This document shows positions 1 through 13,020 of a stretch of DNA of 64,000 nt, piece by piece. The DNA comes from Vitrella brassicaformis CCMP3155 (lineage: Eukaryota > Protista > Chromerida). The stretch is from assembly GCA_001179505.1 (NCBI GenBank), contig CDMY01000273.1:76567-140566 (forward strand), written 5' to 3'. Both the position numbers and the translations under genes were made by a program. Position 1 is the stretch's first letter, and each line of letters opens with the position of its first letter. The notes below the pieces were generated by a model. The model worked only from the letters and a program-made list of their open reading frames with translations, had not been told where the DNA came from and did not search any database.

Positions 1-127
1 CAGACCAAACACCACCCACACCAAAGACAGACACCACAGCAACAGACGGACCAGACCTGCTGTCATGTACTGTGCTGTGCTGTGCGTGTGTGTTGGTGTG
101 TATTGGTTGGTGATGCGATCGATGCAG

Positions 128-1533
128 GAGCACGTGGGCAAGCCAAAGTCCAAGACGGCCGCTGCTGCAGCCGAAGAAATGAACAAAGTAACTTCAGGAC
201 ACACAAAGATGGAAACCATCACAGCTGTGACGGCACGCACTCTGTGTGCGTCTGCACCTTCCTGTACCACTCACTCATATGTGTGTTGTGTGTTGTGTGT
301 TGTGTGTTGTGCGTTGTGTGTTGGTTGCAGGAGCTGAAGGTGGAGTCCAGTGAGGTTCGTGTGGGTCCCGACACAGAGGACACCTTCAACGACGCCTTCT
401 GGGACTCACTCGACTGCACCGTCAACGCACTCGACAACATACAGGTCTGGTCTGGTTTGTGGCAGTGCAGTGCACAGCCCACTCCCTCCACAGCACAGCA
501 CATCCCGTTGTGTATGTGTGTGTCTGTGTGTGTGTGCGTGTGTGGCTGCATCACACCACGTCAGGCCCGTTTGTACGTTGACCAGCGCTGCGTGTGGTAC
601 CTGAAGCCTCTGCTCGAATCAGGCACACTGGGAACCAAAGCCAACGTCCAGGTCAGTTGAGTCAACCCTAGCTAGACACACAACACACAAAGCCCTCCCT
701 CCCTCCCCCCCACACACAAAGACACTTTCCCCAGTCAGTGCGCGTTCGTTGATGTGTTGTGTTGTGTTTGAACAGGTAGTGTTGCCGCACATGACCCAGT
801 CGTATGGCGACTCGCAGGACCCCCCGGAGGAGAGCATCCCGCTGTGCACCCTCAAGCACTTCCCGCACCAGATCGAGCACACCATCGAGTGGTCGCGTGA
901 CGCCTTCCAGGGGCTCTTCCAGGACGGCCCGCAGGAGGTGCTCACCTTCCTCAAGGACCCCCAGGCCTACCTCGCCAAACTCAGCACCGAGGGCAGCCCG
1001 GCGCTGCAGAGGGAGAGGCTCGTCAAAATCAAGACGCTGCTCACGTAAGCAGCCGAAATGAATGGGCAGATCAGAGACGTGGTGGTGTGTGATGTGATGA
1101 TGGGTGTGTTGTGTTGTGTTGTGGCTGGTGTGGTGTGTCAGAACGATCAAGACGGGTGCGACGATGCAGGCGTGTGTGGACCGGGCTGTCAAGGTGTTCC
1201 AGGTACATAGGCCCGCCAACCAGCCAGCCAGGCCGCCACAGAAAGAAGAATGGCACACCACACCTGTGTGTTTGTGTGTGTGCTCCTGTAGGATTTCTTC
1301 CACGACCAGATCGCCCAGCTGATCCACACATTCCCACTCGACCACACCACCTCCGAAGGTGAGTACGTCCCACCCACCCAAACACACCGCAGCAGGCCAT
1401 CCTTTGTCTGTGTCTGCCTGCCTCATACACCACACACAGGTCAGCCATTCTGGAGCGGGCCGAAGCGGCCCCCCACACCCATCAGCTTCGACGCATCTGA
1501 CGACACGCACCTCGTACGGCCCTACCGCACACA

Positions 1534-1569
<36 letters not shown>

Positions 1570-3508
1570 TAGAGAGAGAGGAGAAACCTGAGCCACACGC
1601 GCATTCTCTCCCTGTGTGTGTGTGTGTGTGTGTGTAGGATTTCGTGATGTCGTGTGCGAATCTGTTTGCGTTCAACATGGGAGTGCCCGAGTGCCGCGAC
1701 CGCAATGCCCTACGCGACATGGCCAGGAATGTCAAAGTCGAACCATTCCGACCCAAGGAAATGAAAATCAAGGTGCGGTGCGCACGGAGCGGACACACAG
1801 ACCGATAGATACACAGATAACACACACAGCACGCTTGAGCTCTGTGTGTGTGTGTGTGTGTGTTTGTGTGTGGATCAGACGAGTGACACGGACACGACTG
1901 TCGAGGGTTCGAGCGACGACGAGATGGTCATCCAGAAGCTCTCGGCCGAACTGTCCGCCATCGGTGAGAGAATGATGCCTACGGAGGGAGGGAGGGAGGG
2001 GGGATGCGGCCACGCACACAAGCGTCCACACACGTGCTGCGGGTTCACTTATGCATCGTTGCCCCCCTCTCTCTCTCTGTGTGTCTGGCCCTCTGTGTGT
2101 GTGTGTGTGTGTTCTCAGACGAGGCCTTCAAGAAGTCCATCAGCCTCAACCCATCGGAATTCGAAAAAGTCAGTCAGCGGTGCGGTTGGTTCGCGGACGC
2201 GGGAACCTCTCCATTGATGGGCGCGTGTGTGTGTGTGACCCCCCCACCCCCCACGACGTTTGTTTGTCAGGATGACGACACCAACTTCCACATTGACTTC
2301 ATCACGGCATGCGCCAACCTGCGGGCACGAAACTACAAGTACAGGCACACACACACACACACACACGCACCTCCCACCATCGATGCATCGCTCTCCCTCC
2401 CTGTGTGTGTGGTGGTAATCTAATCGTGTTGACTCACCACAGGATCACGGAGGCGGACCGCCACAAGTGCAAGATGATTGCCGGCAAGATCATCCCTGCC
2501 ATCGCCACCACTACCGCCATGGTCACCGGTAGGGACCTACCTCAACGAACCACACACACAGCACCTGAAGACGGCACAAAATCAATGCCTCATGCATGGT
2601 CGATGGATGGATGGCGCACTGTTTGTACGGCGCGGTGCAGGCATGGTGAGCCTGGAGTTGTTCAAGGTGGTCAACCGTGCTGAGCGCAAGATCGAGGACT
2701 TCAAGAACGCATTCGTCAACCTCGCCCTGCCCCTATTCCTCTTCTCTGAACCTCTCCCGCCCATCAAGACCGTCGACAAGGTCACACACACACACACGCA
2801 CACACACACCTCTGTGTGGATCTGGGCGTGGGTGTCCTGTGTCATGTCAGGACCACGATCCGATCATTATGGGTCCGGTGAAGGCCCGGCCCTACGGCTT
2901 CACGCCGTGGGACAAAGTGCACATCAGCATATGTAGGAAGGAAGCTCCACACCACACAAGACACAGCCCAGCCACACAGGACATTTCTTATGAGGGTATC
3001 TATCTGTCATGTGTCTGCGGTGTGTGGTATGGTGGGTGCAGCGAACGGGACGTTGCGTGACCTGATAGACTATTTGGCCAGGCACCACCAGGTGTCGGTC
3101 ATGATCCTGTCGGTGGGCAACGCCTGCCTCTACAACGCATACCTCCCCACGCACAGAAACCGACTCGACAAACAAATCGTGCGGGTACGTAGGCCGGTGC
3201 TGGTCGGACACACTGACACACACAGACACAGAGAGAGACCTGCGGATGGATGGATGGATCAGCTGTGGGAGGAGATTTCCAGGTCCACGCTGCCACCTGG
3301 CCGCACATACGTCGCCGTCGAGGTCAGCGAGTGACACACACATCACATCCACACACAAACCCAGCAACACAGACACACATTTCATTCATTCATTCATTCA
3401 TTCATGTGTGTGTGTGTGTGTGTGTGTGTATTGTAGGCGTCGTGTGCCGACTCGAACGACCAGACGGACGTCATCATCCCGACCATCAAGTTCCAATTCA
3501 CCGACTGA
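128..3508 (+). CDS. UBA1: Ubiquitin-activating enzyme E1, 3' portion (multi-exon, gene starts before the window)
   Basis: Spliced exons give [43 protein letters not shown], catalytic [66 protein letters not shown] and [11 protein letters not shown]; stop TGA at 3506-3508. Confidence 0.96.
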
Positions 3509-4198
3509 CCCACTCACCCACTCATTCACTCATTCACTGCTCCTCGCTGCCTGCCTGCCTACCTGCCTGCCTGCCTGCCTGCCTGCCTGCTTACGGGGCT
3601 GTCTGCGTCGGTCCGTCGGTGGCTGCATGTGCGTTGCGTGTGGATGGATGGAAGGGCGGTTGGCTTTACTTACAGCTGGAAGCATGCGTTTCTGTGATTC
3701 TCTCTCTGTCGCCGACGACCCACGTCATCTCGCTCCCTCTCACTATATCTCGTCCTTCTGTAGTGTGTTGACACGCCCGTTGCCCATCCTCCTTCGTCGA
3801 TCGCATGACCTGACCCATCGCACCGTGGGGGGAAGAAAGACAAACTGTGTGCTCCATCCATCCATCCATCCGTCGATCCCACCCACCCACACCAGACAGG
3901 GAGCCGCTTAGCGAGAGACACAAGAACGAACGCAACGAGAGAGAAACGGGGCGGGCGATCAGCGGTCTGTATAGTTAGATGCTCTCACATGACTGACGAT
4001 GGATGTCACATGCGCCCGACCCGACCGACCGTCATGTGAGGCAGACAGGACAGGTAGCTCAGCTCGGTGGGAGGAAGAAAGAACGAGTGCATAGCGGAGC
4101 AGAGAGAGCAGCCGAACGAACGAACGAATCAAGGCAGTAGCATGCAGTAGCAGCAGACACACTCACTGACGTAGAAGCGCAGCAAGGGGCGGGCGGGC

Positions 4199-4498
4199 NN
4201 NNNNNNNNNNNNNNNNNNNNNNNNNNNNNNNNNNNNNNNNNNNNNNNNNNNNNNNNNNNNNNNNNNNNNNNNNNNNNNNNNNNNNNNNNNNNNNNNNNNN
4301 NNNNNNNNNNNNNNNNNNNNNNNNNNNNNNNNNNNNNNNNNNNNNNNNNNNNNNNNNNNNNNNNNNNNNNNNNNNNNNNNNNNNNNNNNNNNNNNNNNNN
4401 NNNNNNNNNNNNNNNNNNNNNNNNNNNNNNNNNNNNNNNNNNNNNNNNNNNNNNNNNNNNNNNNNNNNNNNNNNNNNNNNNNNNNNNNNNNNNNNNNN
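4199..4498. other. Assembly gap (300 N placeholder)
   Basis: Run of exactly 300 N; all three gaps in the window are 300 long, so the true size is unknown. Confidence 0.99.
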
Positions 4499-5167
4499 GG
4501 GCGGGCATGCAGGTCCGGGGGGTGGGGGGTGGGTGAGCTCGAATTGGCTGTGTACTTTTGTGGGGCTGTTGGCGTGGTGGTCAGTGCCGTCAATGCCTCG
4601 GCCGAAACAAGCAGGTCGGCTGTTGAAAGACGACCTGCTTGCTTCGGCGGGTTTCTTGATGGCACGAGCCGTCCATGCGTGGCTCGATCCATGCTGTGTT
4701 TACTGAATGTACTGTCATGTGACTGTGACATGGCGGAAGAGACAGGCCTTTCTGGTCCAACCATGCCATGCGTGTGTGTGTGTGGATGGGTGTGCCGTGT
4801 CGGTCGGGCAAGAGTGTGATATCATCCAGCCCAAACAGACTAACATCCGGGAGGGGCCAAGCCAGCGGCATTCACAAAGGCAGTCGGGTGGTGGGTAGGT
4901 ACAATCCGAGTCAGTCAGTTTCCGCATGCACACACGAATCCGTCCGTCCGCCTGTCTGTCTGTCGCGTCGCCTCGCCTCTCACACGGGTGCACAGATACA
5001 TGAGACTACACACGATCACCCGGTGGTCAGCCGCGCATCGATTCATTGGTTTGATGATACAATCCTCTGTCTACCCATCTCAGTCACGTCACACAGACAA
5101 AAACAGACAGGACGCTGGCTTGCCTCGTAGCTTCATTCACAGACAGACACCACACGGCAAAAATCGC

Positions 5168-6051
5168 TCAGAAGCCCAGCGCGTGCAGGACCGGCACGGA
5201 CTGGTCGACCCCCCTCTCGGCCGCGAAGGCCGCCATCGCGATCATCGCCAGCCGGCCGTTCTTGAGCTCCTGCAGCTCAAGCTTCTTCTTCTCGGCGTCC
5301 GACTTGTTCTTGTACAACCTACAAACACACACGCATACAACACCACCAACATAACCCCAGCCGACCAAGACCGTGTGTGTGCCGTGCCCTTCGCCCCACC
5401 TGAGTGGGTCGAAGCCGAGGTTGCCAGCGGGTCTCTCGGGCGTGCCCTGGAAGAGTCCGTCGTTGTATGTCTGGCCCTCGATGAGGCCGATGGCGGCGAA
5501 GATCTGGGGGATGGCCAGGGGGTGCTGCTGCAGCACGGCCTTGTAGATGTCGATCCAGTCGTCGGGCTTGCTGTCGAGATAACCCGGGATCATCAGACCC
5601 AGCCGGTTGGCCGCGATGCCCAAGAAGGCAAGCATGCAGACGCGGCCGTGCTTCAGCTCAGACTCCCGAAGCCACTGCGCAACACACACACACACACATG
5701 CCAAAACGTTCCATGTGTGTCCACCCATCCATCTTGGATCCATCTTGTCCTCACCTCAACAGACGGCCAGACCATGCTGCCGTATTCGCGAAAGAGGATG
5801 TTGCCGAGCTCGAACTTGCCGGTGAGCTTCCAGGGGTCCCATGGGCCCTTCATCATGGACTGTGTTTCCACGTCAGCTCCCACCATCTCCTCCAGCTTGG
5901 GCGACACGTCACGCTGAGACGTCACCTGCATCGTGACGTCACGCCGACCGCCCCGCACGCCGCCTACTCGAGATGGCAGCGGCTGGAACGCATTGGCGCC
6001 CACAGCCAGGCAGAGAGCGACGACGATGGACGAGATGGTGAGATGGGCCAT
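5168..6051 (-). CDS. Light-harvesting chlorophyll-binding (LHC) protein, plastid-targeted, 3 exons
   Basis: LHC helix motifs WLRESELKHGRVCMLAFLG, GNLGFDPL and LQELKNGRLAMIA; N-terminal signal peptide ending GANA-F followed by a basic transit peptide (bipartite complex-plastid targeting). Confidence 0.95.
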
Positions 6052-6429
6052 GATGCTGTGCCGTTTGGCCTTGGAAAATCTGCCTTGCTTCTGCTTGCTT
6101 ATTCAGCGAGCTAACCAATCATCGGTGGATGTAAACAGTGAAGCGACGGGTTTCTCCCCGCCCTAACACGGTACCAAGGGCGCAGGGCCATTCCGCCCTT
6201 CATCGGCTCGTTGGCAGCGTTCCTGACGGCTCACTGCCCGAGATCTGCTGTCCTCGCCCCTCTCTCCCTCTACCTTGTGTGTGCTTCGCTGACACACATC
6301 GCAACGTGACACACACGCAGGGGGGCAGGTGCGCGAGGCGGACCTCATCCGCATGGTGGGTGCGTGACACGCCGAATTGATGTCGCTGTCTCGACGGCTG
6401 TGTGTGTGTGGGGTGTTTCTCTCTGCAGA

Positions 6430-7595
6430 TGTCGTGTGGTGTGCGCGGTGCGATGCGGCGGTGCTCGGCGACGCACTCACTGCACTCGAAGAACAACTGG
6501 TACGCAGAGACGTTAGGACACCTGCAGGATTTTTCTCACAGGCGTCTGTCGATGTATGTGGTTTGTGTCGTCTGAATGGGTGCAGGTGTGACTGGCTGAT
6601 GGCTTCGACGCGCTGATGCCGACGGTGTGATGTGATGTGTGTTGAAGGAAGAAGATCGGCCGATGAACCGACAGACGTGCTGACTGAACTGAATCTCTCA
6701 CTATGTCACATTTTGGTCGTGTGAGCCGATTGTTTTGCATTGTGTGGTTCTGCGTGTCGGTCGGTCTGGCTGCCATTGTCATACATTCTCGGCCGTCCAC
6801 TCCTCAGCCGTCAGCTGCCATGCCGTCTGTCTGTGAGACAGAAGAGTGTGACGTATGTTCGCGAGAGTGTCTTGATCTCTCGTCGATGCATCCGTCACAC
6901 AAGGGCGCCTCACAGACAGACGGGCCGACAGCACACACACACACACGCACAGGCGTCGTGTGGTGTGCGGTGCGGTGTTGCTCGGCGACACTCACTGCAC
7001 TCGAACAACTGGTACGCACAGACGTTAGGATCACACGTACAGTAGGACAGGCAGGATTCACACACAGATATGTCTCTCTGTCGGTCGGTCGGTCGGTGTG
7101 TGTCGTCTGATTGGGTGCAGGTGTGACTGGCTGATGGCTTCGACGCCCTGATGCCGACGGTGTGATGTGATATGTGCTGAAGGAAGAAGATCGGTCGATG
7201 AGCCGACAGACGTGCTGACCGAACTGAACTGAATCTCTCACTATGTCACATTTTGGTCGTGTGAGCCGATCGTATGGCATTGTGTGGTTCTGCGTGTCGG
7301 TCGGTCTGGCTGCCATTGTCATCTGGTCCCGGCCCTCCACCCATCAGCCGTCTGCCGCCATGAGTGTGTCGGCTGATGAGTGAGGGGCGGGGGAGAGATG
7401 ACAGACAGACAAGACAGACAGAGCAGGATGATTGGCTGGCTGGCTGCACAAAACAATCGCTGTGTGGTGTGGCGGTTGCCGTCTCTCTGTGGTTGGGTGG
7501 GCTGTGACGGTTGTTCGCGAGAGTGTCTTGATCTCTCGTCGATGCATCCGTCACACACCGCCGGCTCACAGACAGACGGGCCGACAGCACTCACT
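6430..7595. repeat. Degenerate direct repeat, two copies (~6430-6950 and ~6955-7595)
   Basis: Shared blocks in both copies, e.g. cactcactgcactcgaa..caactggtacgca, ctgaatctctcactatgtcacattttggtcgtgtgagccgat, tcgcgagagtgtcttgatctctcgtcgatgcatccgtcacac; the second copy has an extra insert of roughly 130 bp. Confidence 0.85.
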
Positions 7596-8804
7596 GTCTA
7601 TCTTTCGCCTATCTGGATGCATCCCCACAATGTTTCGTGTCTTGCCCTCTCCCTTTGTGCCCCTCTGTCTGCCTGTGCTTACGCGTGTGATACCCTGTGT
7701 GGTTGTCGTACCGTGTGTCCTCCCCCATCCCTCTGTGGGCATCTGTCCTCCAGTCCGGTAACGCCAGAGCATCAGCCCATGAAGGGTGTCGGTGCTTTTG
7801 GGTTGCCGGGCAGTGACAGAGATGCGCACAGGGCGGGTGGGGGAGGGAATGGACACACACGACTGCTGACCCATCCCACCAAACAAGACAGTGGATGTGT
7901 TCTTTTGTGTATTGTCATGCCTGTGTACCAACACGAGAGAGAGAGAGAGAGATCGATCTGTTTATCTGTGCCGTGTGTCGTGATGAACACGTGTGAGAGT
8001 CGATACGCACACACACCCATGAAGTGCGAGGCACGGATGCAACCATCTGTGCCTCGCACGGACGTACGTCGGCTTTTGTGTGCCTTTCTTTCTACGATGT
8101 GGCCACGACGCACGGCCGGTGAGTCTCTGGACGGTGGATGGGAAGAGAGAAAGAGAGAGAGAGAGATGGGACGGAGGTGTCTGTTTGGTGCTGCATGCGT
8201 GTGTTGGTGTGCTAGCTGTAGAGACGTGTCAGGTCATGCAACACAGTGAGTGTTGATCATCGCTGTGGTGGCCATCGAGCGTCAGACAGACACACACCAC
8301 ATACACACACAAAGGAAAGAAAGAAAGAGTGAACTACCTGCTTTTGGTGTAGTCATACATACATGGCCAGCCGGCCGCTGCTGCTGCTGCTGCTGCTGTG
8401 AGTGACTTGTTTGCGTGGATGGATTGTGTGTGACACTGACCCACTTCGTCTCCCCAGCGCAGCGGTCATGTGTGTCGCTTTTGACTTGAGTGGCTGACAT
8501 GTCCGCTTCATGAGGGGAGCTGATGTGGGCAGTGAGCACACAAACAATGAGATAATACTCACACGCACGCACACACACACACACACGGATGTGTGAGTGG
8601 TGTGTTGTGTAGTTGAGTGAATGAGTTGAGCGAACGAGTGCTTCGCGCATCGGCCGCGGCGGACCGATCGCAGCGGGTGAGTTTGATGTGATCGGTGGCG
8701 TCATCAACGGATAATATAAACACATTACAGAGCTCGACTAACACAGGCGCGGAGACCACCGGGCCAGGGTCACGGGGGTAAAGGGTTTTGCACCCTACCC
8801 TACA

Positions 8805-11156
8805 GTGCAGATGAGTGGTGGACACACGCTGACCCAGGCGCTGGCCAAGCACGTGGCGCATCGCAAGCTGGGCATCCCCGTGAACAAGGTCAAGTCAGAC
8901 GAGCCTGCCGCCCTGCGGAAGGTGCTCGTTGGTGTGGCGACTGGGCTGGAGAACCTGCTGGAGCGGGAGCTGAAGAGCCTGGGCATCGAGGGGACCTTCC
9001 AGAAGGTGGCGGGAGGCGTGCAGGTCGAAGGGACCGATGATCTGCTGTGGCGCATCTGCCTCAAGAGGTGAGTCAGTCGGATGCATGAACATGCGACGAA
9101 TGAATCATTCATCGCGTGATGCCGGTTGATTTGTCTGTGTTTGTTTGTTTGTGTGTGCAGCCGCATTGCCGAGAGCGTGAAGCTTTGCCTGTGCGACCCT
9201 TTCCATGCCAAGGACGAGAAGCACCTCGTCAACAACCTGCACGCCATCCCATGGTGAGTGGGTGGGAGGGCGGATCCATCCATCCGCGTAAGATGCATTC
9301 GATTCACGTGCCCTCATCAGGGGTCACTACTTCCCATTCTTCGCCACGATGCAAGACCCCCCGATCAAGGTGAGGTCACGACACCCACCGCCCTCTCACC
9401 TCTCACCTCACACCGACCACAAGTCAGTCACGTTGTGCACTGCAGGTTGAGTCGTCCCGTTCGCGTCTGTTCCACACCAAGATGATAGAGCGGGCGGTGG
9501 TGGACGCCATCCGCGCTGAGCTGAGGACACACGTGGAGGAAAAGGGCGACCCCATACGATCCATGCACGCCAGAAGGGGAGGTAGGCATGGCATGGCATG
9601 GCATGCACTGACCGACCGACCGATGAATGAGGGCTTCTTCAACCAATCCCTGTGTGGTGCCATCCTGGCTGGCTGGTTGGGTTGCTGAATGCATTCAGTG
9701 CAGCGCGCTGCGAAAGTGGAAGTGCAGCTCCATCACAATGAGTGCCAGGTGAGGGGCAGCAGGGCCCAAATTGCAACGGCATCCATATTAACCAAAGATA
9801 GATCTATGTGACGGCTGATTTCCTGCCTGCCTGCGTGCCTGATTGACAGATCTATCTTGACGGCTCTGGTGACCTGGGAAGGCGACTGTGGCGAGAAACC
9901 GTCGGCACACTCCCACTCAGGCACGCGAAGCCACGCCACCATCACGCCAACACATTCATATCACCAAATGGTGTTTGCTGGTGTCTGCAGGGAGAATCTG
10001 GCGGCGGCGATAGTGCTTAAGACGCCATTCCTGAAGCTTCTATGCGAGGACAGGGGTGTGGCTCTGTGGGACCCCTTCTGCGGGGCGGGCACCATCCTGC
10101 TGGAAGCGCTCGGGATCGCCATGGGCCATCCCGCAGGCTCGCCGCGGATCCGCTATCCCTTCTATGACGTGAGCAATCCGGCGGGCGTCAAGCTAGCTGA
10201 ATGTGCCTCCCTCCCTTACCTTGCGGCTTTTCTGTCTGTGTATGTCGATGTCGTCAGTTCCCCTGTCACAGCGCTCGGCGCTTCTCTGAGGTGCTTTCAG
10301 ATCTCGCACTCACGTACGCAGCGTCCGTGCCTCCGTCTGTGATACTGACTGACGTCATCTTCTCCGTCTGTTTGTTCTACCTACCTGCATCCATTTAGCC
10401 CTCACCCCAACTTGGCGAATCTGACGCTGCTGGGCACCGACATGCGGGAGCAGGAAGTGAATGGCGCCCGGAAGAACCTGACCACCTTCTGCGAGCGGAT
10501 GCCGCGGCAAGCGTCGCCCGACTATGAGCCCCCCCTGGCCGCCCAGCCGAGACTCAGTGGTAGAGGGAGGAGTCAGGCTGAATGTGGTGGTACAAAACCT
10601 TTGTGTTGGCTGATGGGATGCAGGTGATGACGGCACTGCCGCTGCATCGTCCCCGTCGTCCTCCGAGAGTCAGCTGCCGGCCAAGATCAAGTTCGTGCAC
10701 ACCGAACCATGGAAGGTACAAACAACAGAAGAAACACACGCTGACCGAGTCAGACCAAGAAAAAGCTCCACTCCCCAAACGTTTGCGTGTCTGGCAGGTT
10801 GGCTCCTACGTGGACAACTGCATGATCGTGACGAAGGTGCCCTACGGCCGGCAGCTGGGCAGCGAGGCGCTTCGCCGCATCTACCAGAAGTTCGCCAGGC
10901 TGCTGCTGAGCCGGCACGACTGGCGGGGCGTGTACTGTCTGGCTTCTCGGAGAGACTTCAAGATCGTCACAGGACTCGACTGGCGGACGGAGCTGCGGTT
11001 CAAGAACAAAGACACGGTCGTCGAGCTGCTCAGCTGGTATGTGTTTGCATCATTCACTAGACGAGTGCATCCGCGTATGGATGTGTGTGTGTCTATGTGT
11101 CGATGTTCAGGAGTGGCGGAAAGAAGAGCTGGGATTCCTACTACACGGACGACTGA
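8805..11156 (+). CDS. THUMP-domain RNA methyltransferase, RlmL-like (multi-exon; 5' end uncertain)
   Basis: VATGLENLLERELKSLG..VAGGVQVEG resembles the RlmL N-terminus; ENLAAAIV..LWDPFCGAGTILLEA is the SAM motif; also LLGTD..EVNGARKN and IVTKVPYGRQLG at the NPPY position. Confidence 0.8.
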
Positions 11157-11515
11157 TTGATGCGGTAACGATTTGGCGTCTTGGTGTTCGTGTGTGGGGC
11201 GCGCCGCGGCGTGGCGTGGCTGGTGCAGTGCAGGTGGTTTGTAGATGCGTTGGTTTGTAGATACCGCAGGTTCGTGTGCAGAAACAGATATCTATAGCTA
11301 GTCGGGGTGCGAACATACGTACATGATGGAGTTGTGGCCACACTTTATATCCGATGTGTCCCGTGCTTCGACAGACAAAGTGTCTCAGCCAACTTATTGA
11401 ACACATGTGACATGTCTCTTGCAAGTCATCATACCACCAATGAATGCCTTACTACCCGACACACACAAACCCTTTCACACACACACGGCTTCAACCACTC
11501 AGCCACCACGTCTCT

Positions 11516-12805
11516 CTACATGGCCCAACCGACAATCTCGACATCCGTCGCGTCCTTGCCGTGCTGCCCCTCGCCCTTGGACTTCACACCAGCCGCAGGG
11601 CCTTTCCTCGCCTTCTTCGTCTCCCGCAGGTGATGCTGATACAACTTAACCGCAGCATGGGCATCCTCTGTCGATGACACACCACACCAGACCACACCAG
11701 ACCGCACCACAAGACACACAGAGATCGGCATCTCATCTCTTTCCTGAATGCAGGATGCCGGGTGTTCGGGCAGGCCCACCGACCGATGCTGTCATGCACG
11801 CCGTTTCGGCGCAGCGTGATACCCAGTTCCTTCTTGGCGAGGCTCTGGAGGGACGGGAGCTGCTTCCGGCTGTGCGGGTAAAGCCGCTGCGTGTCCGCCC
11901 ATTGGATGCCCTCGTCATCAGCATCGATCTCAAGTGCCTGATGGAGGGAGAGAGGGAGGGAGGGAGGGATACGACAACACACCATGTCCGTGTGGATGCG
12001 CGGGTCGGATACTACCTGCCTGGAAGTCATGGTGGATGGCGTGCCCAACAACCAGCGCGCCCTTCATCGCGAGCAGAGCTCTCGTGCGGGCCTCATCGAA
12101 GCTGATCCCTGCAGCCAGCCAAGGCGTACCGACAGAGAGGAACACGAAGGATGGATGGATGGGCCATCGCTCCCTCCCTCCCTCCCTCCCTTGTTCCTTG
12201 CCTTGTTTGAGCCGGCCGAGTGTTAGTCCAGTGATGGATGACCGCAGGTCGGACACGTACGACCGAGGCCGCACCACCTGCATGCCAACACGCATCCTTG
12301 ATTCACTCATGCACATATCTGCCCCCCGGTTTGTTTGTGACTGCAACCCTCACCTCGTCCATGACGATGCGGCCCGCGTCGTCACAGATGGATATCCTCG
12401 CGAGCTCACTAGTCGCCCCATTTGGACCAACACCCACCTGTACACACAACACGACACACACCGAGAACCATCAACCACAAACCTCTCGCCTTGTGTGCCT
12501 CAGTAAGTGACCGACCATACCATCTCACAGTCGAGCCCCAGAACGCTCTTGCCGCCCATCTTTCCCTTCTTGTCCGGCCGTCTGGCGCCGGACGATGATG
12601 CACGCTGCTGGTGCTGGTGCTTGGGTCGGGCTCCATCGTGAGAATGCTTGGCCGCGTCCTTCCTCTTGAGGGACTGCATGGCGGCCTTGAGCTTCGAGAT
12701 CACGTCATCCTTCTTGACGACAGAGGCTGGATCTCTGTGGGGACGATCACGATCCTGCTTGTCTGTGGCGTCGTGACGTCGCTTCTTCTTGCTCTTCTTG
12801 CCCAT
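11516..12805 (-). CDS. REXO4: RNA exonuclease 4-like DEDDh 3'-5' exonuclease
   Basis: Basic N-terminus, then VLGLDCEMVG, LARISI, DLRSSITG, LVVGHAIHHDF, DTQ, SLQSLAKKELG and HDSIEDAHAAVKLY after splicing. Confidence 0.85.
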
Positions 12806-13020
12806 GGATGACGTGAGAAGTGCGACAGATGCCCGTGCCTGCAAACAACTCATCAAAGTGATTGATTGCATTCATTGGCCGATGCGCACCCATCCTATCC
12901 TCTCTTACCTGCCAAGCGCCTCAGCTCCTGAGCTCGCCCACTCTAAGCTCGCAGATGGGGTTCCTCTCTCAATTTTGCATTTCCCCGGGCTTTAGGCGTC
13001 GGAGTCGTGACGTGAGGCAA

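Noticed and set aside
4500-4880. Possible minus-strand coding fragment next to the first gap (MVGPERPVSSAM...)
   Set aside because: No recognisable domain and truncated by the gap; cannot be supported
6430-7595. CRISPR-like or transposon interpretation of the repeats here and at 60215-60810
   Set aside because: No regular repeat-spacer periodicity, cas genes, transposase, terminal inverted repeats or target-site duplications; eukaryotic context
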